Positions 1 through 7,018 of a stretch of 21,605 bases of DNA are shown here, one piece after another (the stretch's first letter is position 1; every line of letters begins with the position of its first letter). The translations under genes were made by a program, and so were the position numbers. Under the pieces are notes generated by a model that saw only the letters and a list, made by a program, of their open reading frames with translations, searched no databases and was not told the DNA's origin. The DNA comes from Clostridia bacterium (GTDB lineage: Bacteria > Bacillota > Clostridia > Christensenellales > Aristaeellaceae): NCBI GenBank assembly GCA_030526225.1, contig JAUNDF010000034.1, forward strand, positions 1 to 21,605, written 5' to 3'.

Positions 1-242
1 GGTGCCGGTGCAGGCTCTGCCTTGGGTGCTTCGGGCGCCGGAGCCGGTGCGGGTGCAGGTGCAGGTGCGGGAGCCGGGGCAGGCGCAGGAACAGCCACCG
101 GTTCGCTGGGCACAAACTCTGCCACTACCGGTACATCCACGGGCTGATCAGCCGCCACATCCTCTGCAAGCGCCACGGTGCTCATCAGCATGGATGCAGC
201 CAGGACCGCTGCTATGTTTCTACGCATTTTTTCGGTGTTCAT
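1..242 (-). CDS. Secreted Pro/Ala-repeat protein, N-terminal part only (gene runs off the left edge)
   Basis: Hand translation of the minus strand from ATG at 242-240: [81 protein letters not shown]. A GGAGG Shine-Dalgarno lies 7 nt upstream (250-254). The sequence has a basic N-terminus, a hydrophobic stretch and an Ala-rich end, consistent with a signal peptide, followed by (AP)n repeats. It is absent from the ORF track because it is truncated. Confidence 0.6.
   Translation of the reverse strand, partial: [80 protein letters not shown]
34..92. repeat. Imperfect GCN-GGN hexanucleotide tandem repeat encoding the (Ala-Pro)n tract
   Basis: Read directly: gccgga gccggt gcgggt gcaggt gcaggt gcggga gccggg gcaggc gcagga. 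The boundaries are approximate. Confidence 0.6.
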
Positions 243-670
243 ATTGCTACCTCCGTCACAGGCAATTCGGTTACCAACTTTATCGCTATCGCTACTTGAA
301 AGGTCAAATGAAACAATGCAAGTGCGCTAACAAGCGTTTTCCGTTATCTATACAGATGCATATTAAGTATACCTTACTCACAATATCTTGTAAAGGTCAT
401 TGCGGGAATTCGTTATACTGAATGAATTATATGCCGCGTCAAAGCCTTGCAGCATCAAATATCGCAAAATGTTCGTCCTTATTTTCATTTCGAAAGAACA
501 TTTCTTTACCTTCACTCAGGATGCTCCTTCAACACAATATATTGTTTGAATCGTTATTTTATGTTTTTTCATGATATTTTTCACGATTATCCATTTTTTC
601 TGCCTTTCTTCTCGTAATTTCTGTCTGTCCAAGGCAAAATCTGATGTCTTTCACAACAAAAACATTGTCG

Positions 671-699
671 ATTGTATCCGAATTTGCGGATTTTGTCAA
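671..699 (-). promoter_or_regulatory. Near-consensus sigma-70-type promoter candidate (TTGACA-17 nt-TACAAT) inside the AT-rich island
   Basis: The minus strand reads TTGACA (699-694), a 17-nt spacer aaatccgcaaattcgga, then TACAAT (676-671). It points toward the Pro/Ala-repeat gene roughly 420 nt downstream. AT-rich DNA produces such matches by chance, so confidence is low. Confidence 0.3.
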
Positions 700-936
700 C
701 CAGAAATTCAATAATTCCATGTTTTTCATCGTTATTATCAGTCACTTACACACATCTTCAAGTCATATTTGTGTTTTAACATGTTTCTGCAATGCTTTTT
801 CGTGTTTTTTCCATTATCTTCGCGCATCATTGAACATTCCCCGCACACAATTTCATTTTGTTCGGGTTTTCATAACGATTGCATCACGTTCATTTTCCAA
901 ATTGACATAATTCGTTTCTTATGATTTCTGTTTTCG

Positions 937-972
937 TAAAAAAAGAGACAGGCACTCGCGGTGCTTGTCTCT
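937..972 (-). terminator. Rho-independent terminator downstream of the coiled-coil gene
   Basis: A 12-bp stem, agagacaggcac (944-955) with gtgcttgtctct (961-972) and one G-U pair, has a 5-nt loop. An A-run at 938-944 gives a U-tract on the minus-strand transcript. Confidence 0.7.
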
Positions 973-990
973 TTCATCATTCATGACCCA

Positions 991-1626
991 TTACAGGTGG
1001 TTATTCAGTTCTTCCCGCTCCATGCGGACATTGTTGAGCAGGCTGGAAATGTAGCGGTCCATGTCTGCCAGCATGCCATCCATATATTCGAAGGTATTTT
1101 TACGGAGAGCCGCCATTTCGTTGGCTGCATCCTCTCTGGCTTCGCTGGCTTCCACCTTGGCCCGGCGCAGGATTTCATCCTGCTCTACCATGGCAGCGGC
1201 GCGCCGGGCGGCTTCCTCCACCACACGGTTGGCTTCGCTTCTGGCGGCCGCCATGATGCTCTCCGCTTCGGTCTGCGCCTTGTGCAGTGTTTCCTGGGCG
1301 GTCTTTTCCGCCTGAGCGGTCATGGCTTCGGCCTTGCGGGTGGCTTCATCCACCAGTTGACCGGCCTGCTGGGTGGCATCACGCAGCTTGGTGGCGCATT
1401 CCTGCTCGGCCTGCTGCTGGATGGCATCGATGTTGCGGATGTACTCATCGGCCTTCTGCACGGTTTTGGGCAGGGAGGTATTGAGCTTGTTGGCCAGACC
1501 CAGCATATATTCCCGGTTGACCGTCACCGTATCGCCGCCCAGAAAGCTGCGCTTGGCGTTGTTCAGCGTCATGTTGATTTCCCGGATTGCAGACATGCAT
1601 TGGTCAATATTCTTATCGGTTGCCAT
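991..1626 (-). CDS. Coiled-coil protein of unknown function (Ala/Glu/Gln/Arg-rich, DivIVA- or ATP-synthase-b-like composition)
   Basis: 211-aa ORF with GC3-rich codon usage and an AGGGG Shine-Dalgarno before the ATG. It starts 13 nt downstream of the coaD stop in the same orientation, ends in TAA and is followed by a terminator. The central ~120 aa are heptad-like and low in complexity. Function is not recognisable from sequence alone. Confidence 0.7.
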   Translation of the reverse strand: MATDKNIDQCMSAIREINMTLNNAKRSFLGGDTVTVNREYMLGLANKLNTSLPKTVQKADEYIRNIDAIQQQAEQECATKLRDATQQAGQLVDEATRKAEAMTAQAEKTAQETLHKAQTEAESIMAAARSEANRVVEEAARRAAAMVEQDEILRRAKVEASEAREDAANEMAALRKNTFEYMDGMLADMDRYISSLLNNVRMEREELNNHL

Positions 1627-1639
1627 TTCTGTACCCCTT

Positions 1640-2119
1640 TCACTTGTTCAGACAGGCGGCCACTTCCGGCAGGATTTCCACCGGCACATAGGCGCTGTAA
1701 TCACCGCCGAACGCGGCAATTTCCCGCACCGCGGAGGATGATATATGAGCGTGTTCCCCGGAGGATACAAGAAACACCGTATCCATTTTGGGGTTCAGAT
1801 CCCGGTTGATGAGTGCCATGCGGCTTTCGCTGATGTAGTCATCGGTGCCCCGAAGGCCCCGCAGGACCGCATCCGCGCCCTTGATGGCCACATAATCTGC
1901 CAAAAGCCCCGTGAAGGAATCCACCTCTACATTGGGCAAATCTCTGCAGACGGTGCGCAGCATTTCCATGCGCTGGGCCACGGAAAAGGCACAATGCTTG
2001 CCCGGATTGACCAGCACCGCCACAATCAGCTTATCAAACAGACCAGATCCTCTTTTGATAATATCAAGATGACCCAAAGTCACCGGATCGAAGCTGCCGG
2101 GATAAATCGCCGTTTTCAT
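1640..2119 (-). CDS. coaD: Phosphopantetheine adenylyltransferase
   Basis: MKTAIYPGSFDPVTLGHLDIIKRG... carries the nucleotidyltransferase T/HxGH motif typical of CoaD, and the length is 159 aa. I chose the ATG at 2119 (GGAGGAAGC just upstream) rather than the ORF-track start at 2173. That ATG overlaps the rsmD stop as ATGA. Confidence 0.95.
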   Translation of the reverse strand: MKTAIYPGSFDPVTLGHLDIIKRGSGLFDKLIVAVLVNPGKHCAFSVAQRMEMLRTVCRDLPNVEVDSFTGLLADYVAIKGADAVLRGLRGTDDYISESRMALINRDLNPKMDTVFLVSSGEHAHISSSAVREIAAFGGDYSAYVPVEILPEVAACLNK

Positions 2120-2670
2120 GCTTCCTCCGCCTTTCCGGCCGGACGGAACATGGTCACGCCGGCAATGCCCCATTTTCGGTTATCCACCAAATCGTATCCG
2201 TCAGCCACATAGGGCATGGTGTTGGCCTGATGCTCAATCACCACCAGCGCATCCTCCGACAGGAGGGGCAGCAGCTTGGCGGTGCATTCCTTCAGGTCCA
2301 GCATGGCGTAGGGCGGATCGAGGAACACCAGATCGAACTGCTTTTGCTGCAGTCGCTGCAAAGCCATACACCAGTCTGTTTGGAGAACTTCAGTCTGTTT
2401 GGAGAAGCCCAGCTTGTCGATATTGCTTTTGATGCAGGCAATGGCGGCCTTATCACAGTCCACCAGCACCGCAGATTCCGCTCCGCGGCTGATTGCTTCC
2501 AAAGACAACGCGCCGCTGCCGGCAAACAAATCCAGCACGCGGGTACCGCGGACATGCTGCTGAATGACATTGAACAGGTTTTCCCGAACCCGGTCCAGGG
2601 TGGGTCTGGTATTTTTGCCCTACGGGGCAATGATGGTTCTGCCCCGGGCAGTACCGGCAACAATTCTCAT
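2116..2670 (-). pseudogene. rsmD: 16S rRNA (guanine966-N2)-methyltransferase RsmD, interrupted by an in-frame TAG at codon 17 (2622-2620)
   Basis: Reading from ATG 2670 (AAGGAG Shine-Dalgarno at 2683-2678) gives [62 protein letters not shown]...DPPY. The conserved RsmD N-terminal motifs lie on both sides of the TAG and in the same frame (555 nt in total). The ORF track shows only the GTG-initiated 140-aa remnant at 2116..2538. Confidence 0.85.
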
Positions 2671-2684
2671 CTGTGGTTGACTCC

Positions 2685-3482
2685 TTAATTCAGCTGTTCG
2701 GGTGTATCAGCATTCCTGCGCTGCTTCTGCTTTTTCTTCTGCTGCCTGGCGCGCTTGCGGTTGCCCTGTTCAATATCGGCATGGACCATGCCGCGGATAT
2801 CCACACCGCGGGTATAGCCAATGCCGTACATCACAGCAGGTACCAGCACCACCAGCGGAGACAGCCGCTCCATGGTGAGCACGGCAGCTGCATCACCGGT
2901 ACCGACCAGTGCCACCACAGGCATGATGCACACGCGGACGATGACACGAAGGATGTCCTCCAGCTTCATCACCGCAGGTGCGGCGTAGAAGGCCAGACCG
3001 CGGGCAGCATCCGTGCCGTTGTAGCCGGAAACCCAGCTGGGCAGTGCACCGATGCCGGTGGACTGCTTCTGTGCGGTAAAGGCCAGCAGCAGCGTGACCA
3101 CAATCACAGGAAGCATGCCCAGCAGTGCATGGACAAAGCCCTTCAAGGGATGATAGCCCCGTGTAGCCTCACCCGCCGACACGACAGAACCGCGCTCCTG
3201 CCGGGCATACATGTTTTCAGCCCAGGTCACTGCCTGTGTACCGGCCTGCATGCCGGAATTAAAATACATGCCGTAGGTCATCAGCAGGGTGATGATGCTC
3301 ATCACATAGCGCAGCACCAGATTGTCGCTGAGCACCAGCATGCTCAATGCCAGATACAGCACCACCTGCACCACACACGTCACAAACAGCTTGCCGATGG
3401 CAAAGGGTGATGTGTTGTCCAGCACGCTGCCCTTGATGTACGGCTTATGGACCGGGGTCAGCTTTTCATTCTTCTTGGCCAT
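2685..3482 (-). CDS. Multi-pass membrane protein of unknown function with a poly-basic C-terminal tail
   Basis: 265-aa ORF with several long hydrophobic segments and the tail GNRKRARQQKKKQKQRRN. A GAGAGGA Shine-Dalgarno-like element lies 9 nt before the ATG, and the start overlaps the 3' end of the upstream cyclo-ligase gene by 17 nt. I do not recognise a family. Confidence 0.65.
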   Translation of the reverse strand: MAKKNEKLTPVHKPYIKGSVLDNTSPFAIGKLFVTCVVQVVLYLALSMLVLSDNLVLRYVMSIITLLMTYGMYFNSGMQAGTQAVTWAENMYARQERGSVVSAGEATRGYHPLKGFVHALLGMLPVIVVTLLLAFTAQKQSTGIGALPSWVSGYNGTDAARGLAFYAAPAVMKLEDILRVIVRVCIMPVVALVGTGDAAAVLTMERLSPLVVLVPAVMYGIGYTRGVDIRGMVHADIEQGNRKRARQQKKKQKQRRNADTPEQLN

Positions 3483-4059
3483 GGATGTTCATCCTCTCTC
3501 CATGATTGTCTTCAAACCAAACGATGCCTTTGGGCCACGCCATGGCCTGCATCGGAATATCATGTATATAAATAGGAAGCTTTTCGGTCACCTGATGGTT
3601 CAGGGCAATGCCCATTTTAACGCCTGATGTGCCGGGCAGGTAGCGGTCGTAGTACCCGCCGCCCTTCCCCAGCCGCCTGCCGCACAGGTCAATGCCCTCC
3701 AGCGGGACCAGCAGCAGCTGTGCCGCATCCGGCGACAGCACCGGTGCGGATGCTTTCGGCTCGGGAATCTTCATGCCGGACAGCACCAAATCATCAAGCG
3801 CCTCCACCTGATGGAAGTGCATCACCCCATCGGCACAGCACCGGGGCAGGCCAAGTGTCTTCCCTTCCCGCAGAGCCGCTTCCAACAGGGGCGTGATGTC
3901 TGCCTCCCGCCGGATGGGCACATAGGCAAACACGGTTTTCGCATTCTGCCACAGGGCCGATGACCGCACATGGGCGCAAATCATTTCACTCTGCCGCCTG
4001 ACTTCATCCGAATCGGGACAGCTTGCGCGGATGACCTTCCGCAGTTCTGCCTTATTCAT
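3466..4059 (-). CDS. 5-formyltetrahydrofolate cyclo-ligase
   Basis: MNKAELRKVIR...FAYVPIRREADITPLL...LGLPR...LLLVPLEGIDLCGRRLGKGGGYYDRYL matches the family's hallmark G-x-G-G-G-Y-Y-D-R motif and length (~197 aa). The start is ATG 4059, or ATG 4068 three codons upstream. Either overlaps the alr stop codon. The longer ORF-track N-terminus (to 4179) lies inside alr and is rejected. Confidence 0.85.
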   Translation of the reverse strand: MNKAELRKVIRASCPDSDEVRRQSEMICAHVRSSALWQNAKTVFAYVPIRREADITPLLEAALREGKTLGLPRCCADGVMHFHQVEALDDLVLSGMKIPEPKASAPVLSPDAAQLLLVPLEGIDLCGRRLGKGGGYYDRYLPGTSGVKMGIALNHQVTEKLPIYIHDIPMQAMAWPKGIVWFEDNHGERMNIHGQEE

Positions 4060-5164
4060 CGGATGCATTGATCCACACGCGGGGGACCCGACCCGTTGCA
4101 CCCAGCAGGACCTCGTAGCTGATGGTACCGGCCCAGGATGCAATGTCCTCGGCGGTGATGCGTTCATCGCCCATCTCACCCATCAGTACCACACGGTCGC
4201 CGGGGTGAACATCCATGCCGGTCACATCGGCCATCAGCTGATCCATGCAGATGCGACCGATAACATTGCACCGGCGGCCGCCGATGAGCACCTGTGCCTT
4301 GCCGGAAGCGGCACGATGGTAACCATCACCATAGCCCACCGCCACCGTAGCCACCTGCATGGGCTGCTGAGCGGTGAAGGTGCGGCCATAGCTGACCGTA
4401 TCGCCGGGATTGATGGTCTTGACCCATGTGACCTCGCTTTCCCAGGTCATGAAGGGCTTGACAGCCATGTCCGTATCCACCGGCGGATAACCGTACATGG
4501 TAATGCCGGCGCGCACCATATCCTTGGCGGCACCGGGCAGGCGGTGAATGGCCGCGGAATTACAGCAATGGCGGATAATGTCATCCGGAAGCAGTGCCGT
4601 CAGCCGGTCAAAGCAGGCCAGCTGCTGCATGGTGAAGGCCATGTCGGCCCCATCCGCATCGGCAAAATGGGTGAATGCGCCGGTGAGCTTCACATGCTCC
4701 GTCCGGCGGATGGCAGCCAGCACCGCCGTGACTTCCTCTTCATTCCGGCAACCGATGCGGCACATGCCGGAATCGATTTTCATATGCACATAGGCGTCCT
4801 TCCCCAGCGCTTTGGCGGCAGTTTCGCACCAGTCCACCATTTCCGGAGAGCAGACGGTCAGCGTCAGGCCATTGGCCACGCCCTGCATGGCAGATGCTTC
4901 CGTTGTGGCGCCCAGCACCAGCACCGGCAGCGCTATGCCGCCCCGGCGAAGGGCTGCGCCCTCCTCGGTGATGGCAACAGCCAGCATATCAGCCCCGCAT
5001 TTTTCTGCTTCCCGGGCAATGTGCAGCATCCCGTGGCCGTAGGCATCCGCCTTGACCACCGCCAGCAGCTTTGCCCCGGCAGGCACAGCATCACGGATAG
5101 CCTTCATGTTGGCCCGGTACTGCGTCAAATCAATCGTTCTTACATTTTTGCGGCATAATTCCAT
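4052..5164 (-). CDS. alr: Alanine racemase
   Basis: LAVVKADAYGHG is the PLP-lysine motif. The overall length is ~370 aa, and the C-terminal region VSYGRTF...VGYGDGY...GRICMDQLM is typical of Alr. ATG 5164 is preferred (GAGG 10 nt upstream) over ATG 5194. Confidence 0.93.
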   Translation of the reverse strand: MELCRKNVRTIDLTQYRANMKAIRDAVPAGAKLLAVVKADAYGHGMLHIAREAEKCGADMLAVAITEEGAALRRGGIALPVLVLGATTEASAMQGVANGLTLTVCSPEMVDWCETAAKALGKDAYVHMKIDSGMCRIGCRNEEEVTAVLAAIRRTEHVKLTGAFTHFADADGADMAFTMQQLACFDRLTALLPDDIIRHCCNSAAIHRLPGAAKDMVRAGITMYGYPPVDTDMAVKPFMTWESEVTWVKTINPGDTVSYGRTFTAQQPMQVATVAVGYGDGYHRAASGKAQVLIGGRRCNVIGRICMDQLMADVTGMDVHPGDRVVLMGEMGDERITAEDIASWAGTISYEVLLGATGRVPRVWINASDE

Positions 5165-5279
5165 ATGGTAAACGCCTCGATTCAAGCATGGCATATTCTT
5201 TCATGATAATTATAGCACATTTTCCTTTCCTTGCAACCTTTGTTGCGCAAAGGAGTACAGAAAATGAGCAGGATTGCCC

Positions 5280-5308
5280 TTGACAAGCACACGCGCGCAG
5301 ACCATAAT
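5280..5308 (+). promoter_or_regulatory. Sigma-70-type promoter candidate for the ACT/UPF0210 operon
   Basis: TTGACA (5280-5285), a 17-nt spacer, then CATAAT (5303-5308), about 35 nt upstream of the ACT gene start. Confidence 0.5.
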
Positions 5309-5342
5309 GGGAACATGCCCCAGAAATAAGGAGGAAGAACCG

Positions 5343-5615
5343 ATGACCAAGGCTTTGATTTCCGTAACCGGGCTTGATTCCACCGGCATTATCGCCCGCG
5401 TGGCCACCAAGCTGAGCGAAATGAATATCAACATTCTCGACATTACCCAGACCATCCTCGACGGCTACTTCACCATGATGATGGTGGTGGATCTGGACGG
5501 CGCCCATATGGATTTTGCCGCCGTAAACGCCGCCTTCGAGCCCATCCGCGAAGAGATGAAGATGACCATCCACATGCAGCGCATGGATCTGTTTGATGCC
5601 ATGCATCGCATTTAA
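5343..5615 (+). CDS. ACT domain-containing protein (UPF0237-type small regulatory-domain protein)
   Basis: MTKALISVTGLDSTGIIARVATKLSEMNINILDITQTILDGYFTMMMVVDL... has the ACT-fold pattern and is 90 aa long. AAGGAGGAAGAACCG precedes the ATG at 5343. The gene sits immediately upstream of a UPF0210 gene, which is the usual pairing. Confidence 0.85.
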   Translation: MTKALISVTGLDSTGIIARVATKLSEMNINILDITQTILDGYFTMMMVVDLDGAHMDFAAVNAAFEPIREEMKMTIHMQRMDLFDAMHRI

Positions 5616-5627
5616 GGGGGACCGGCC

Positions 5628-6974
5628 ATGATTGAAACAGGCGAAATTTTGCAAACCATGCGGATGATTCAGGAGGAGAACTTCGACATCCGCACCATCA
5701 CTCTGGGCATCAATCTGCTGGATTGCGCCCACCCCGATGCCGAGGCCTGCGGCCGCCGCGTGTATGACAAAATCTGCCGCATGGCAAAGGATCTGGTGAA
5801 GACCGGCGAGGCCATCGAGAGCGAGCTGGGCATCCCGATTGTCAACAAGCGCATCTCCGTTACCCCGGTGAGCATGATTTGTCAGGGTGACCCCCGCCCC
5901 ATTGCCCGCTATCTGGACAAGGCTGCCCATGAGATGGGCGTCAACTTCCTGGGCGGCTATTCCGCACTGATGCAGAAGGGTGCCACCGCCGCCGACAACC
6001 GTCTGCTGGATTCCATCCCCGAGGTGATGGCCACCACCGAGCGCCTGTGCTCTTCCGTGAATGTCGGCTCCACCAAAGCCGGCCTGAACATGAACGCCAT
6101 CAAGCGCATGGGTGAAATCATCAAGGAAACGGCCAACCTCACCGCCGATAACGACAGCCTCGGCTGTGCCAAGCTGGTGGTGTTTGCCAATGCTGTGGAG
6201 GACAACCCCTTCATGGCCGGTGCCTTCTGCGGCCCCGGTGAACCGGAATGCGCCATCAACGTGGGTGTTTCCGGCCCCGGTGTTGTCAAGACTGCACTGG
6301 AGGCCGTCAAGGGTCAGCCCTTTGACGTGGTGGCGGAGACCATCAAGCGCACCGCCTTCAAGATTACCCGCGTGGGTCAGCTGGTTGCCCGCGAGGCTTC
6401 CCAGCGGCTGAACATCCCCTTCGGCATTGTGGACCTGTCTCTGGCTCCCACCCCTGCCCGCGGTGACTCCGTGGCCCACATCTTGACGGAAATGGGTCTG
6501 GAAATGGCCGGTGCACCCGGCACCACCGCAGCCCTTGCACTGCTGAACGATGCCGTGAAAAAGGGCGGCGTGATGGCCAGCAACCATGTGGGCGGGCTCA
6601 GCGGCGCTTTCATCCCCGTCAGCGAGGATATCGGCATGATTGAAGCCGCAGCCGCAGGCGCCCTGTCTCTGGAAAAGCTGGAAGCCATGACCTGTGTCTG
6701 TTCCGTTGGTCTGGACATGATTGCCATCCCCGGCGACACCAGCGCCGCCACCATTTCCGGCATCATTGCGGATGAAGCCGCCATCGGCATGGTCAACAAC
6801 AAGACCACTGCTGTCCGCGTAATTCCCGCCGCCGGCAAAAAGGCCGGTGACACCGTGGAATTCGGCGGTCTGCTGGGCTTTGCACCCGTTATGCCCGTCA
6901 ACGCCTACTCCTGCGAGGATTTCATTGCCCGCGGCGGCCGCATTCCCGCCCCGCTGCACTCCCTGCGCAACTAA
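5628..6974 (+). CDS. UPF0210 (DUF711) family protein, function unknown
   Basis: 448 aa beginning [33 protein letters not shown]..., which I recognise as the conserved UPF0210 family N-terminus. The size is typical of the family. It ends in TAA and a terminator hairpin follows. Confidence 0.88.
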   Translation: MIETGEILQTMRMIQEENFDIRTITLGINLLDCAHPDAEACGRRVYDKICRMAKDLVKTGEAIESELGIPIVNKRISVTPVSMICQGDPRPIARYLDKAAHEMGVNFLGGYSALMQKGATAADNRLLDSIPEVMATTERLCSSVNVGSTKAGLNMNAIKRMGEIIKETANLTADNDSLGCAKLVVFANAVEDNPFMAGAFCGPGEPECAINVGVSGPGVVKTALEAVKGQPFDVVAETIKRTAFKITRVGQLVAREASQRLNIPFGIVDLSLAPTPARGDSVAHILTEMGLEMAGAPGTTAALALLNDAVKKGGVMASNHVGGLSGAFIPVSEDIGMIEAAAAGALSLEKLEAMTCVCSVGLDMIAIPGDTSAATISGIIADEAAIGMVNNKTTAVRVIPAAGKKAGDTVEFGGLLGFAPVMPVNAYSCEDFIARGGRIPAPLHSLRN

Positions 6975-6986
6975 TTGCACATACGA

Positions 6987-7018
6987 AAAGAGCAAGCCGT
7001 TTGGCCTGCTCTTTTTTG
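6987..7018. terminator. Hairpin between convergent genes (likely bidirectional terminator)
   Basis: The stem aaagagcaagcc (6987-6998) pairs with ggcctgctcttt (7003-7014) with one mismatch and a 4-nt loop. T-run to 7017 on the plus strand, A-rich on the other side. Confidence 0.6.

Noticed and set aside
559-729. 56-codon minus-strand ORF in the AT-rich island
   Set aside because: It is not called as a gene. No Shine-Dalgarno precedes either candidate ATG, and the best promoter candidate lies inside the ORF. It is kept only as part of the AT-rich-island finding.
644-910. 88-aa plus-strand ORF inside the AT-rich island
   Set aside because: It has no Shine-Dalgarno and a Phe/Ser/Ile/Cys-rich composition consistent with random translation of AT-rich DNA. 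It also runs head-on into the terminator and promoter signals of the minus-strand genes.
5221-5250. Imperfect inverted repeat ttgcaacctttgttgcgcaa upstream of the ACT/UPF0210 promoter
   Set aside because: The arms are short and mismatched, there is no second copy and no clear relation to the promoter. It is likely fortuitous.
5130-6995. 621-aa minus-strand ORF antisense to the ACT/UPF0210 genes
   Set aside because: This is a shadow ORF typical of GC-rich DNA. Its translation is low-complexity (Gly/Ala/His/Val-rich) with no motifs, while the opposite strand encodes strongly recognisable proteins with a proper Shine-Dalgarno and terminator.
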